Positions 17,443 through 28,557 of a stretch of 45,227 nt of DNA are shown in pieces. The notes beneath the pieces are model-generated. The model saw only the letters and a list, made by a program, of their open reading frames with translations. It made no database searches and had not been told where the DNA came from. Numbering within the stretch: position 1 is the stretch's first letter; the number at the start of each line of letters is the position of its first letter. This DNA is from a virus. Lineage: Duplodnaviria > Caudoviricetes. The position numbers and the translations under genes are program-made. The stretch lies in the IMG/VR virus record IMGVR_UViG_3300036943_000278, positions 1-45,227 of that record; one strand, given 5' to 3'.

Positions 17443-19014
17443 ATGTGGAAACTTAAATTTACGAATGTCCATTTCTGGGATGCTGATAGTGGCAATGAAG
17501 GCACACCAGGTGGTGGTACTACGGCTGGTGGTGGGGGCGGCAATACCAGTGGCGTTGGAGGTAGTGCTGGCCATAACATGGGCATGGGCCCTGGGCAGTC
17601 TACAGTAGGCATGGGTGCAGATGATGCGTCTATGATGGGAGGAAATGATGATGGTGGCTGGCGGGCATTTGTAGGGTCAGGCTTTCGTGGGCCAGGTATA
17701 GGTTCATTGCTTGGGCCAGATGACCTTGAGGTAGCTGCAAACATGGCCCGTAGTACACCCGGTGGATGGGGGCCTGGGATTGTCTCCGATATGGACGCAG
17801 TTGACCAATCAACAGCCACGTCTATTGATAGCCTTAGCTCACGATACACCCAGAATGTACCATTATCCGACGAAGCTCGTACAACAGCTATTCAACAAGC
17901 TGAAGAAGCTGTACGGATGGGGACGGAAAAAGATAAAGCTGTACAACAGGCTGTCCAGGGGCTACTCGACACCTTCACAAACAAGGAAGAGGAAGATCTC
18001 GAAGCGGTTACTCCATCATCTGTTAGAGCACATCAACGGATGAACTTGAATCCTGTGCAAGAAGTACAGCTTCAACAAGCTATTAATAGTTACCAAAATA
18101 GAATGTCTCGGCAGATCGAATCTTTTCGTACAAACACTGCCAGATACAACGCACCTATAGAGAGTATCCCGCAAGACTTTGGTACCCCGCCGCATATTAG
18201 TACACCTGAAGTATCTGCTGTTAACCCTCGCGATGTACGTGCGGCATTGTCTGACGAAGCCCTTGCTAGTCATTCCCCAATCGAAATTGCTGGTTTGATG
18301 GAACAAGGTGCAACGTTAGATCAGATGCAGGATGCAGTGGATTTTGGCACCAGTGATGTTATAAATAGCATCACCGGATTACTTGATCCTGTCTCTGCAC
18401 CAATATCCATGATTGGCCTATTACGAGGTTTGCCTAACGCGAGCCTCTCGACAAAGATGGCACTCAACGCAATGGTTAATCCAGGCAAATATGCCCTCGC
18501 TGATAAGGCACTAAGCACTGCCTTAACTACGGGGACATATTTGTCTGCCAAAAAGGGTATGTATAGTACTGCAAAAACACTATCTCAACTCGGCGCATTT
18601 CCTGCGTCAGGATTGATTAGTGGATTTCTCGCAGGTATCCACACACCTCATGTGACTGTTCCTAATGTTATGGATGTACCTGATGCTGGATTTACTACAG
18701 CCCAGTTGGAAAGTTTAGGCGTGTCGTTCCATGATGGTACACCAGACGATCTTGTACCAGATGTTGGGTTAGAGCAACGGGTAACCAAGTCTGATCCCAC
18801 CACTGGTGCTATGCCCACTCGTTCACGTACACAGGATGGTGATGGATTTGATGAGGATGATGATCCCATTATCAAATTCTTGGGTGGTATTATACCAACT
18901 GGAGTTAAGGGCAAAAAGACATTAGGTAAATCGTTGCGTTATACAGCCAAGACAATGTCACCTAAATCTCTAAACCCGTTATGGGCATTGTCAAAGATAA
19001 AGTTGGAGTTATAG
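17443..19014 (+). CDS. Putative internal virion protein with Gly-rich N-terminus
   Basis: 523 aa, low complexity, hydrophobic Gly/Ala segments. Confidence 0.55.
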   Translation: MWKLKFTNVHFWDADSGNEGTPGGGTTAGGGGGNTSGVGGSAGHNMGMGPGQSTVGMGADDASMMGGNDDGGWRAFVGSGFRGPGIGSLLGPDDLEVAANMARSTPGGWGPGIVSDMDAVDQSTATSIDSLSSRYTQNVPLSDEARTTAIQQAEEAVRMGTEKDKAVQQAVQGLLDTFTNKEEEDLEAVTPSSVRAHQRMNLNPVQEVQLQQAINSYQNRMSRQIESFRTNTARYNAPIESIPQDFGTPPHISTPEVSAVNPRDVRAALSDEALASHSPIEIAGLMEQGATLDQMQDAVDFGTSDVINSITGLLDPVSAPISMIGLLRGLPNASLSTKMALNAMVNPGKYALADKALSTALTTGTYLSAKKGMYSTAKTLSQLGAFPASGLISGFLAGIHTPHVTVPNVMDVPDAGFTTAQLESLGVSFHDGTPDDLVPDVGLEQRVTKSDPTTGAMPTRSRTQDGDGFDEDDDPIIKFLGGIIPTGVKGKKTLGKSLRYTAKTMSPKSLNPLWALSKIKLEL

Positions 19015-19015
19015 T

Positions 19016-20512
19016 ATGGCTAAAACAACGAATAAAATTGTGCAGGCAGAGTCCAATGGTCGTAGTAATGCCAAAAATGCACGATCTTCTGCATTAGGCC
19101 CAGGCCAGTTCATTGATTCCACTTGGCTGGAGTTGATGAATAGGTATAAACCAAACTTGGTTAAGAACAAATCTCGTGAACAAATACTCAATTTGCGTAC
19201 GGATAAAGCGTTGGCTAACGAGATGGTTCAACGCTATGCAGATTATAACCGGCAAATGCTGGAACAACATGGCTTACCCACTGATGAAGGTGCGATATAT
19301 CTTACACATTTCCTTGGGCCGAGTGGTGCAAGGGCAGTATTATCTGCTGACCCAACACAACCATTTACTCCAGAGTTATATCCTGGGGCAGATAAAGCGA
19401 TTAAGTCTAATAGGCCGGTATTGGCAGGACGTACAGTAGGTGACGTGCAACGATGGGCTCGAAATAAAATGGGAGTAGCTGACATGGCTAATGATAAAAA
19501 GAAAGGGAAGAAGGCTACGGTGGACGTGGAATTCATGCTCGAGCCGCCAGTGATTAAGGATTCTGGTGCAGGGATGCCGGCCACACGCCACCATAGTGCA
19601 TCTGGCCCTGTAAAAAACCCCCCGAAGCAAGTAATAGATTTGGCTAAGTTAACGAAACAAGCTCGTCTTCAAGCAACCAAGAAGAAGGATGCGGAGATTA
19701 TGGCCAATGGCCCTATGAGAGGTCAGGTGGCCCCAACAGATTTAGCTCGCCAAGCCCAACGGCCTTCTGGTGCAGGTGGTGCAACAGATAATCCCAAAGG
19801 GCTTGTGGCTGAGATGTTGGAAGGTTTGTATAACCAACGCGCATCGGAACAGGGATTTCTTGAACTCCTCGAACTTGTCAATAATGCCAATGCGTCCGGG
19901 ATTACTCGAAAGGATGAATACCTTGGCGGGCGTGGTGCGGGCATAATGGACGCTCTGATTGGGTTTGGTGGAAAGCTCGGGCAGGCATTAACCAGCTTTA
20001 GCGGTCACCAAGGTGCAATGGGTGCAGCTAATGTCATGAATGATTATGGGCAAGCAGCAATCATGCGCCCATATCTCAATGCCCTAGCTGGTGGTGAGGT
20101 ATATGATACACCTGCAGGACTGAATCAGGAAGGTACGAAGCTCATGCAGGATGAGCTGCTAAAAACCTTGGCTATGGATCAGGAAGAAGGGAAGGCTAAT
20201 AAGACTCTGGCAGCTACATTATACAAAATCGCTGAGGATGCTGAGGCAGCTAAGGCGGCGGCTCAGTTTGACGCCAGAAAATTCCTTACCGAGTTTGGGC
20301 TAGCCCAACAGAAAGCATCGGAAACAGGTCGACATAATTTGATGATGGAACAGCTTATGGGCCAACGAGCCATGAATCAAAATAATATATTGGATCAGCT
20401 AGAAACAATGTATGAGCTAGCCAATACCTTGCCAGAAGAAGACCGCGATCTTGTCAAGGATCAAATTCGCCTCGAGCTCTTGGGACTGTTAGGTAATCAG
20501 GGAGCTGAATAA
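19016..20512 (+). CDS. Internal virion protein with N-terminal lytic transglycosylase (lysozyme-like) domain
   Basis: IVQAESNG...SSALGPGQFIDSTW...YLTHFLGPSGA. Confidence 0.8.
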   Translation: MAKTTNKIVQAESNGRSNAKNARSSALGPGQFIDSTWLELMNRYKPNLVKNKSREQILNLRTDKALANEMVQRYADYNRQMLEQHGLPTDEGAIYLTHFLGPSGARAVLSADPTQPFTPELYPGADKAIKSNRPVLAGRTVGDVQRWARNKMGVADMANDKKKGKKATVDVEFMLEPPVIKDSGAGMPATRHHSASGPVKNPPKQVIDLAKLTKQARLQATKKKDAEIMANGPMRGQVAPTDLARQAQRPSGAGGATDNPKGLVAEMLEGLYNQRASEQGFLELLELVNNANASGITRKDEYLGGRGAGIMDALIGFGGKLGQALTSFSGHQGAMGAANVMNDYGQAAIMRPYLNALAGGEVYDTPAGLNQEGTKLMQDELLKTLAMDQEEGKANKTLAATLYKIAEDAEAAKAAAQFDARKFLTEFGLAQQKASETGRHNLMMEQLMGQRAMNQNNILDQLETMYELANTLPEEDRDLVKDQIRLELLGLLGNQGAE

Positions 20513-23500
20513 TGGCTAACGATAAATCCACTCCGGCTACCAATACTGTAGATCGTCGTCGGTTGCTCAAACGGGCAATCCAATTCCGCGTGGATGGTGG
20601 GCAACTCACCGAAGATACGGCATGGAAATTTGTCGACGAGGAGTTCAACCAAGCTGGCATCTCGCCCACAGCGCAAGAACGCTCAGATCTAATGCGTCAG
20701 GCATTCCCGCAGTTTGAGCCGGGCCTGATGGATGTTGGTCGTGCACTGGCTGGAGAATTAGCTGGAGGGACGGCTAAAGGGCTCATGGATGTGGCCGCAC
20801 TTATTCCTACCATAGCCGGTGCGCTTGGAAGTGAGGCTGGGAAGGAGTCCTCAGAGGAAATCCGTAGCTATGGTCAAAAGGCCAAGGAAGCATTAGAATC
20901 TGACTGGCAACCAGCAGAGAATGATATCCTCGGGCGTGGAGTTGAGGGCATTGTGGGCTTTGCTGGAGAGACTGTGCCATTTATGGTCGGTAGTGCCATA
21001 CCAGTTGTCGGGCAAACTGCAGCTATGGCAAGGGTGAGCCAAGGAGCAAAGGTACTCCAGCGTGCTCGTAAGCTACAAAAGGCTGGCTTTGTAGACGATG
21101 CGGCCAAGCTAATGAAGACTGTGAGTAATACCAAAAAGGTTGGTATTGGTCGGGCCGCTGGGGAGTTCTCGCAAGCCGCGACGAAGAAGTGGGGAGAAAA
21201 ACTCCTTGCCTCCGAGGCATCATCTGGTCGAATTATGCAAACATTGGGCAAGATAGCTGCTAGTCGGGGTGGGCAGAAGGTGGCCTTTGCGGCTGGTGTA
21301 GGTGGCCCCTGGGGGGTAGGCCTTGGACTGCAGAATCCTGAAACTCAGCAAGCCCTTGTTGAGCAACGGTTCGGCGATGCTGCAAAGGTTATGCGGAATG
21401 AGCTTGCCCTCAACATTGCAGGTGGAGCTATTATAGAAGGGATGTTATTTCCCGCAATAGCCAAAGGATACCGAGCGTTCAAAACACCATTGGAATCCTT
21501 AATCCAGCGTCATGCTCAACGAAGCATGAGTGCCAAGACTAATTTCGATCAAGTAGTTAGGAATCCTATGAATGGAAATCCCGAACTACTCGCAGACTAT
21601 GATCGGATTATGATGCTGGACGATCTGAAAAAGCGGCTCGATGTAGCCAATATGGATGGGGATAGAGAGGCGGCCCTGGCGATAAGGGAAAAGATTGCTG
21701 CCATTCAACCCCCTAATGAAGCCCGCACAGCAGAGGTGATGTATCAGGCGATAAGGAATCTGCACAAGGCTTATATGGATAAGGCTGTCGGTGAAGGTTC
21801 ATTGATGGACTATATAGAACAATTCCATCATAATGATATATTCGCCGTGAAGGATATTCTCGACGCCGCAGATTTTATGAACAATGCTCGTCGGACTATG
21901 CGACGGTCATTGGCGAATGTGCCAGAGGCACAACAGAGGCAAGTCTGGCCCTTCTTGAATGAGGTATCGAGGTTCCGCAAGAACTTGCTAGACGGGATTA
22001 ATAGGCTCGAACCGACTACGGTTAGCATTGCGAAGAAATTGCGTAGTGGGCGCGCATTAACAGACTTTGAGCAAGTTCGCTGGGATACGTTAAAGAAAGC
22101 TTCCACGTTTAGTCCTGCTGAGAGGCCTATTGATATCCCTGCTTTACAAGTAATTGCACGGTTGGATTTAGATGTAGCTAGGAATGCACTTGGGGGTACA
22201 GCGGAGCTGAACTATGCCAGTACCAAGCGATTGCAAAAAGCTGTTGCCGCAATGAATAAAGATCTGGATAATGAGTTGTCTCTGCGGACCATTTTACAGA
22301 AATATTTCATGTCTCCATCAGGGGTTAACAGAGATGCGGTTTGGTGGTATCTTAGTGGAACAAAGCAAGACTTAGATGCCTTGGTTATCCCTGATGAACT
22401 TCATCAATTTGTTGTGCATTCTAAGGGCAAGACAATAAAGCAAGTAGAAACGGAATTGCTTGATTATTTGGAAGCAGCTATAACCAAGGAAGCAAAAACC
22501 GTAGGCATGAATCCAGCTGAATATGCCGTGGATATGATGGCAACACCAGCTACAATAGCTAACACATCTATAGCAGAAAGACTTATGATGGAATATTTTC
22601 CGGGTACATTTACACGATACCCCATTGAGCCTACACAAAAAATGCCTGGGGGCATACTTGATACATTTGCCCAATTGAATACTACTGCCATAGCTACGAA
22701 TTACAACATCGGCTATGACAAAAAGACAGTGTTGAGTGTGCTTAATAAGCAAATCACCGCGCTGAAAAAAGAGCGCGCGAGTTTGATTCCCACATATGGC
22801 GCATATCACACAACTGCACAATCCATAGACAGGCAATTATCTGCACTACAGATTACCAAAGTATTTATGGAAGCAACTGATACGAAGGGCAAATTTCCTG
22901 CTCAACTAGTGCACTTAGCTACTAATATGGTTGGCGCAGATGGTAGAGCGTCAAGGGTTTTTGGTCGCGTACAATTAGATCCCATGGCATCAGATCAGGT
23001 AAACACACTCATGCATGAGATTGGGCATACGGTGTTCCATGCAATGCCTGATGATTTCAAAGAGGCGTTTATCAAAACTATTGACCACATCAATCAGACA
23101 AATCCAGATGCCCTCCGTAATGTTATGGGGCATGCTAGGTGGGACTACCTACCAGAATGGTCTCGTAATGCTGCAGAAATCTTTGCAGAGAGTTTTGGTC
23201 AATTAGGGTCAGATCACTTCTATGATCATATGGCCCTGAATTTGCCAAACATAATCTCAGATATGCCTGAGGATGCGGCCAAGGTGCTGATGGAGCAAAT
23301 TGACAACATTCAGTCCTTCGCCACAGTACATCCCGATATGCCAGCGGAAATGCGCGAGCTGGTCGCGGCATTCTTTCCTAAAGTGAAATCCAACTTAGCC
23401 TATCGGACTGATCCATTGGTCCGTCAAATGAAGGACAAGATGGCTAAGATTCGCTTTGAAATGACGGATCAGGTTGCCCGGCAAATGCACGAGCCGACCT

Positions 23501-26500
23501 TTTTAGAATATAGCTTTGTGACTAATGTATTTCCGGAGAGTTTCTTTCATTACGGGCAGCGCACTGTAACAGCGGCTGGAGGAGCTAAACGGAAGGTGCC
23601 AATGGCAAAGCTAACTAAGGAAGGTGCAGAGTATTTCAAAACCACTTTTAAGGAAGATATTCCTGTCGGCACAGATTTGGAAGACGTGACCATGATGGTG
23701 AGGGATAGATTGCACGTGATCGCTGATGAAGTTGCACTAGCGAAGACACTCCCCTCACAGACACGTGATCCATTAATCATGCTCGATAGGTTACTACAAA
23801 CAAAAGCTGAGCTTGATTGGCGGTTGAATGATAACCTTGCACTGGTGAAGAATGAGGAAGGCCAGGTTGTCAATTACTTCAAATGGCGCATGGGAGGTGA
23901 TGCTAGGGTAAAAGAATTTGAAAGCATTTTCGAGCGTAGAGTACCGGAATGGATGTCACAAATGCTGGGTGAGGATAAGGATAAGGCAAAGGTCGCCTTG
24001 GATGAACTCTACCAATTCATGACAGATATTGAAAAATTCAAAGAGGGCATTCAGAATCTCCATCCAACAATCTGGGATAATCTGGATACGTCTGTTTTGG
24101 ATACTCCACTGCGAAATGGGCTTAGGGCTATCGCGGAACAAATTCCAGCCATGGAGCCCTTGTATAAATTGTCTGCAAGGATGGGGCCGATCAGTAGGAT
24201 GCTTAACACGCCACAATATTGGGCACGTAAACATCCACATATGTATCCAATCTTCTCGGCCATGCGATCCATGCCGGCACATATTCGAGAAACACAGGCA
24301 TACCTGTTAGATAACAAGGATGATATTCTTGGCTTATCTAAGGGTAGTAAAACACTACAAGAATTGGCACAGCTGCATCATACCGCGAATAGAATCAGGG
24401 GCACATTTTCTCGTTTCGGTAAGGAAGCTAAAACCATCATGAACGCAGCTAGAGACATGATGTGGGAAGGAAACAGATATGCAAACTTACGTGTGGACAA
24501 TGATACGTTGCTTAATGACCATCTCATATGGCGGAATGAGAAAGGCGTTGTCGCGAAGGATCGTATGGTGGATACTCTGGTTAACGAGTACGGATACGAT
24601 GCAGGAGTCGCAGAAGCGGCATATGGATATTATAAGGGGGCTGTCGAGACCCTGCACTGGGTCAATGAGCAAAGATTAAGATTCCTTGCACAGAAACGAG
24701 CTGCGACGACAAACGAGATTCGTCAACAACAAATGGAATCTTCTAAACTATTGGGGTATATGCCACAGTCGCAACGTGGCAAATACGTTGTACAAGCATA
24801 TAGGAAAAACAAGAAAGGGAAATCGGTATTGGCACATATCTATTTCACTGACAAATGGGATGATGCTAAACAGGCCCTTGCTAAACTGAAGAAGGAAGGG
24901 ACATATATTGATACTCCTGAAGGATATCAGCATATATCCCCTGGGGAGTTACGCATTAAGAACATCGCCCGTGCGAAGGAAAGGGCGACAGATATGTACT
25001 TCGGTGCCTCGCCTACACACATGAAGAACTTTTTAGAAGAGGCATTGGAGAAAGCTAATCTTGATGATCCTACTTATGTAGACAAGATCAAAGATCAGCT
25101 TGGGAAGTTGATTGGTCAAGAGATGAAAGCGGGCCAATTACTTCGGCACAGTAGGCATAGGGAGAATGTGACTGGGTTTGAAAAGGATAATCTGTTCAAT
25201 GCCATATTTGACTACGTTTCTGCTTGGTCGAGCTATACCGCCCGTACGGATGCCTTAGAACAATCCTTGAAGTCCATGCGCTATGTGAAGAACGACCCGA
25301 GGTTGTATAAGGAAGCTAATAAGCTCATTCGAGATATGACCATGGGTGCGAGTGAGGAGGCCAAGTGGAGTCTGCGAATCAGACGTACAGGATTTATGGT
25401 ACAACTTGCTGGTAACCTTGCAACTGCTATTATTCAGCTCACGCAGAATCCAGTCATGGGTGTACCAAGAATGGCAATGGATGGAATCCCACGGTCGGGT
25501 AGACAGCTATCTCGGGCCATGTGGGATATTGTGCATGAAGATATTAAACGGATGAAGTTTACCAAAAGCTTCCGTACGGCCATGAAGGGAGGAAAAACGG
25601 ACGGGTATAAAAGTGGCCTTGGGGATTTGGAACTGAAAGCGTTGGAGCAGGGATACTTGTCTGGGCAAACCTATTCCAACTACGCTGATGCCATGTTAGG
25701 GCAAATGCGTCAGAATGGTGGTGGACTAAGTGAGCAATTACTCAACGCGTCGTCTCTGCCATTGAGGTATATGGAAAGTCTGAACAGGCGATCCACATTG
25801 TTGGCTGCATTTAGATACCATAACAAGCGTCTGTTGAAACAAGGAATGGATGCCGATAGAGCTTATCGTGAAGCATTAAGTCGTGCTTCAACAATTGTTG
25901 ATGATGCGCATGTGATATACGAAAAGGCTAACCTACCGTCATGGGCGCGAGGCGAAGGTATTGCACCACTGGCGGGCCGGACATTTTATATATTCAAACA
26001 GTATACGCATGGGTATTTCCAGATGTTAGAATACCTAGCGAAGAATGGTGGACCTGGTGAGAAGGCCGCGGTGCAGAGTTTTGCAATGCTGGCAACACTT
26101 GGTGGGATGAAGGCTGTGCCCGGATGGGATGTGGCCGACAAACTAGTGTCGATGATTGCAGGGAAATCTACCGAGGAGCTGTTGGCTGAAACGGCTGGGT
26201 ATGAGCAATCGATGGGTATTATTCAAGGACCATTGTCGGCTATCTTGCCTACCCATCTTGGAGATCGGCTCAACCCGACGCCTTGGAATGGCAAGGATGC
26301 CGTATTCTTCGCAACGTATGATGATATTGTAAAGACGGCGGATCAGTTCAAACGTGGGGATTATTGGGGCATGGCGGAGAATTTCCCCCTTGCGCCTAAG
26401 TTTGTCAAGAACCTCGCAAAGGGCCTCGAGCAGTATAAGCACGGCTATCGAACACGTGGAGGTAAGTTGATATCAGTAGATGGGTTTGAACCTGTCAAGT

Positions 26501-26781
26501 CTGACTTCGGCGATATGATTACACAGTTTGCTGGGTTCAGTCCTGCCCACCGTGACCTCACAGAATTCTTCTGGCGTAGAGCGGAGGAAAAGAAATGGCG
26601 GGAGAAGAAAGCATTATATGGAGTCAGGTTGCGGAATAAGATTATCAACAAAGAGTCCGTGGATGATAAGGACTGGAATGAGTTTTGGGGGTTAAAAAAT
26701 AAGGCCATGGGTGCTGGCTATCCTTGGTCAGCCAAATCACCCTATGACCTTATCAAGAAGATCTATACAGATGGAATTTAG
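20512..26781 (+). CDS. Large internal virion/ejection protein with zincin motif
   Basis: 2089 aa, last late gene; TLMHEIGHTVFH...EIFAE. Confidence 0.75.
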   Translation: MANDKSTPATNTVDRRRLLKRAIQFRVDGGQLTEDTAWKFVDEEFNQAGISPTAQERSDLMRQAFPQFEPGLMDVGRALAGELAGGTAKGLMDVAALIPTIAGALGSEAGKESSEEIRSYGQKAKEALESDWQPAENDILGRGVEGIVGFAGETVPFMVGSAIPVVGQTAAMARVSQGAKVLQRARKLQKAGFVDDAAKLMKTVSNTKKVGIGRAAGEFSQAATKKWGEKLLASEASSGRIMQTLGKIAASRGGQKVAFAAGVGGPWGVGLGLQNPETQQALVEQRFGDAAKVMRNELALNIAGGAIIEGMLFPAIAKGYRAFKTPLESLIQRHAQRSMSAKTNFDQVVRNPMNGNPELLADYDRIMMLDDLKKRLDVANMDGDREAALAIREKIAAIQPPNEARTAEVMYQAIRNLHKAYMDKAVGEGSLMDYIEQFHHNDIFAVKDILDAADFMNNARRTMRRSLANVPEAQQRQVWPFLNEVSRFRKNLLDGINRLEPTTVSIAKKLRSGRALTDFEQVRWDTLKKASTFSPAERPIDIPALQVIARLDLDVARNALGGTAELNYASTKRLQKAVAAMNKDLDNELSLRTILQKYFMSPSGVNRDAVWWYLSGTKQDLDALVIPDELHQFVVHSKGKTIKQVETELLDYLEAAITKEAKTVGMNPAEYAVDMMATPATIANTSIAERLMMEYFPGTFTRYPIEPTQKMPGGILDTFAQLNTTAIATNYNIGYDKKTVLSVLNKQITALKKERASLIPTYGAYHTTAQSIDRQLSALQITKVFMEATDTKGKFPAQLVHLATNMVGADGRASRVFGRVQLDPMASDQVNTLMHEIGHTVFHAMPDDFKEAFIKTIDHINQTNPDALRNVMGHARWDYLPEWSRNAAEIFAESFGQLGSDHFYDHMALNLPNIISDMPEDAAKVLMEQIDNIQSFATVHPDMPAEMRELVAAFFPKVKSNLAYRTDPLVRQMKDKMAKIRFEMTDQVARQMHEPTFLEYSFVTNVFPESFFHYGQRTVTAAGGAKRKVPMAKLTKEGAEYFKTTFKEDIPVGTDLEDVTMMVRDRLHVIADEVALAKTLPSQTRDPLIMLDRLLQTKAELDWRLNDNLALVKNEEGQVVNYFKWRMGGDARVKEFESIFERRVPEWMSQMLGEDKDKAKVALDELYQFMTDIEKFKEGIQNLHPTIWDNLDTSVLDTPLRNGLRAIAEQIPAMEPLYKLSARMGPISRMLNTPQYWARKHPHMYPIFSAMRSMPAHIRETQAYLLDNKDDILGLSKGSKTLQELAQLHHTANRIRGTFSRFGKEAKTIMNAARDMMWEGNRYANLRVDNDTLLNDHLIWRNEKGVVAKDRMVDTLVNEYGYDAGVAEAAYGYYKGAVETLHWVNEQRLRFLAQKRAATTNEIRQQQMESSKLLGYMPQSQRGKYVVQAYRKNKKGKSVLAHIYFTDKWDDAKQALAKLKKEGTYIDTPEGYQHISPGELRIKNIARAKERATDMYFGASPTHMKNFLEEALEKANLDDPTYVDKIKDQLGKLIGQEMKAGQLLRHSRHRENVTGFEKDNLFNAIFDYVSAWSSYTARTDALEQSLKSMRYVKNDPRLYKEANKLIRDMTMGASEEAKWSLRIRRTGFMVQLAGNLATAIIQLTQNPVMGVPRMAMDGIPRSGRQLSRAMWDIVHEDIKRMKFTKSFRTAMKGGKTDGYKSGLGDLELKALEQGYLSGQTYSNYADAMLGQMRQNGGGLSEQLLNASSLPLRYMESLNRRSTLLAAFRYHNKRLLKQGMDADRAYREALSRASTIVDDAHVIYEKANLPSWARGEGIAPLAGRTFYIFKQYTHGYFQMLEYLAKNGGPGEKAAVQSFAMLATLGGMKAVPGWDVADKLVSMIAGKSTEELLAETAGYEQSMGIIQGPLSAILPTHLGDRLNPTPWNGKDAVFFATYDDIVKTADQFKRGDYWGMAENFPLAPKFVKNLAKGLEQYKHGYRTRGGKLISVDGFEPVKSDFGDMITQFAGFSPAHRDLTEFFWRRAEEKKWREKKALYGVRLRNKIINKESVDDKDWNEFWGLKNKAMGAGYPWSAKSPYDLIKKIYTDGI

Positions 26782-26966
26782 AAAGTTTTCATAGCGATTG
26801 CACAGGCTTCTTTGTAGGTCTGGTTGAGTTCGGTTAGGGTTATATGGATTGTCATAGGCCCTAGCCGAACTTCTACTTTGTCCCGCGCGATGGGCGTAAC
26901 ATACAGATGCACTTTGCACTTAGCGAATGGGTCATAGCCAACAACTTTCGCAGATTCCAATTCCAT
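26778..26966 (-). CDS. Hypothetical protein
   Basis: GGAGG RBS; converges on the late operon. Confidence 0.6.
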   Translation of the reverse strand: MELESAKVVGYDPFAKCKVHLYVTPIARDKVEVRLGPMTIHITLTELNQTYKEACAIAMKTF

Positions 26967-27348
26967 AATAACCTCCGAGTACAGTTGTAATTTCAGATTG
27001 CGCCCAGGTGTCTAGTAATTCCGAGTGGGTATAGAATGTAATAGGATGGCCACGCTTGCAGCACCAATCTATTTCCATTGAGATACCCGCCGATTCATAC
27101 CAGCCCGGAAGCTTCAACAAGCCAAAATCACTAGAAACTGCCATAACTGCTTCGTTCATGGTTTGCCAGAATAGTGCATCTCGAGGGAGACTATGTGCAA
27201 CTGCGATTGGATGCCAATAGGCAATAGGGCTAAAGACGAATGTGTTTAGCTTGCGTGTGAGGATGGGGATCACTTGGCTAACCATCTCATACCGCGCTTG
27301 CATTATCTCTTCATCTACGTGTGTATACGGGGACATTAAATACAGCAT
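26932..27348 (-). CDS. DUF1937 / nucleoside 2-deoxyribosyltransferase-like protein
   Basis: LYLMSPYT, VFSPIAYWH and LPGWYESAGISMEI motifs. Confidence 0.8.
   Translation of the reverse strand: MLYLMSPYTHVDEEIMQARYEMVSQVIPILTRKLNTFVFSPIAYWHPIAVAHSLPRDALFWQTMNEAVMAVSSDFGLLKLPGWYESAGISMEIDWCCKRGHPITFYTHSELLDTWAQSEITTVLGGYYGIGICESCWL
26987..27001. promoter_or_regulatory. Dispersed palindrome copy 5, one mismatch (GTAATTTCAGATTGC)
   Basis: In the 3' end of the DUF1937 gene, 20 nt upstream of the 26966 start; minus strand reads gcGCAATCTGAAATTACa. Confidence 0.65.
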
Positions 27349-27351
27349 AAA

Positions 27352-28548
27352 TCACTCTCCTACCCAATAATAATAATGTACGTTGTCCTCTGCCTGCGTA
27401 CGAACCATCCCAGTCGAATGCATTGCGTTGAGGTAGAGATCAATATCTTCTGGCAATGCGTCCATTTGGAAATGCTTAATGATGTCCTTGCGTGTAACGC
27501 GCTGACGTAGTGCGATATATGACGCAATGTCACCGACGATTTCGGCATGTTCCCCTCTACCAACACCACGGAATGCCCAAGGCATCTGAGCTTCCGTTTC
27601 GAGCAAGATAGACATGGCTTCGTTGAAATGGGCTTGGGTAATTATACGGTCGTTGCTAGTAGCTACACTCACAACCATGAGTAGTTTGCGGAAGTGGTCA
27701 GCCCTTCGCGCATTGTAGCCAGTGAATTGACCGTCGGATAATTCCTGATCATGCCGATTCTGGTACCAATCAACATATGATTGTAGGGCATCTTTGGTAA
27801 AGGAAAATGGCCCACGAATCATTTGGATTTTATTCAGATCTTCTACCAGATGTTCATATAATCGGATTTCCTCCACGGTGGGAAAGGCAAGGGGGACATC
27901 TTTATACGCCCCCTGGGCGACGACGAATATGAAACGGCTAGCTAGTCCACCCCCAACTGCCCCACCACTCAGGGCTTGGCGTAGAAGGGATGGGGTGATA
28001 CCTCCGATGATGTTTAACCAGACATTTTGTAGCGAACTTTTACCTTTGTTCTTGGTAGTGTAACGCCACTTCTGTTTACAGTCGTACAGGTCTGTCAAGG
28101 TAGTTAGCATCATCGGATCACTGTCGCGGAGGAATAGAGCCAACTCATCTCCCACAACTGTGAGGGAATGGTGGTAATACTCCTGCTTTTCATCTTGGCC
28201 AGTTTCGGGATTAGGGAGCATTATGCTGTGGTTATCCTTCGCGTCCTCGATCTCTAGAACGAGAGCTGCCTGGGTAACACAATCACTCGAGACGACTATA
28301 TTGAGTCGGTCAAGCATACCTCGCCCGATGGTCATAGCTGTACCTTTACGGCCGCCAGGTGGGCCAACAAGTGCAATATAGAAATTGGGGTATATGTCTT
28401 TGAATCCCCAGTTAATCCAGCACTTTCTTTTGAGGCAAGCCGCGATGGTGCTAATGGCAACCCATGTGTGATATAGTGGGTGAGGCTCTGTGTTCTCGGT
28501 GCATTCCAGGTACGCACGTATCCAATGATCAAGTTTACGTTGCGACAT
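27352..28548 (-). CDS. DUF3987-type P-loop ATPase, putative replicative helicase
   Basis: NFYIALVGPPGGRKGT Walker A, VVGDEL Walker B, GGLASRFIFV arginine finger, C-terminal wHTH-like region. Confidence 0.75.
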   Translation of the reverse strand: MSQRKLDHWIRAYLECTENTEPHPLYHTWVAISTIAACLKRKCWINWGFKDIYPNFYIALVGPPGGRKGTAMTIGRGMLDRLNIVVSSDCVTQAALVLEIEDAKDNHSIMLPNPETGQDEKQEYYHHSLTVVGDELALFLRDSDPMMLTTLTDLYDCKQKWRYTTKNKGKSSLQNVWLNIIGGITPSLLRQALSGGAVGGGLASRFIFVVAQGAYKDVPLAFPTVEEIRLYEHLVEDLNKIQMIRGPFSFTKDALQSYVDWYQNRHDQELSDGQFTGYNARRADHFRKLLMVVSVATSNDRIITQAHFNEAMSILLETEAQMPWAFRGVGRGEHAEIVGDIASYIALRQRVTRKDIIKHFQMDALPEDIDLYLNAMHSTGMVRTQAEDNVHYYYWVGE

Positions 28549-28557
28549 TGGGAATCC

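Noticed and set aside
22686-22860. Half sites (CGAATTAC, CAGATTAC) where a ninth motif copy would complete the regular spacing
   Set aside because: Only one arm matches, which cannot be distinguished from chance.
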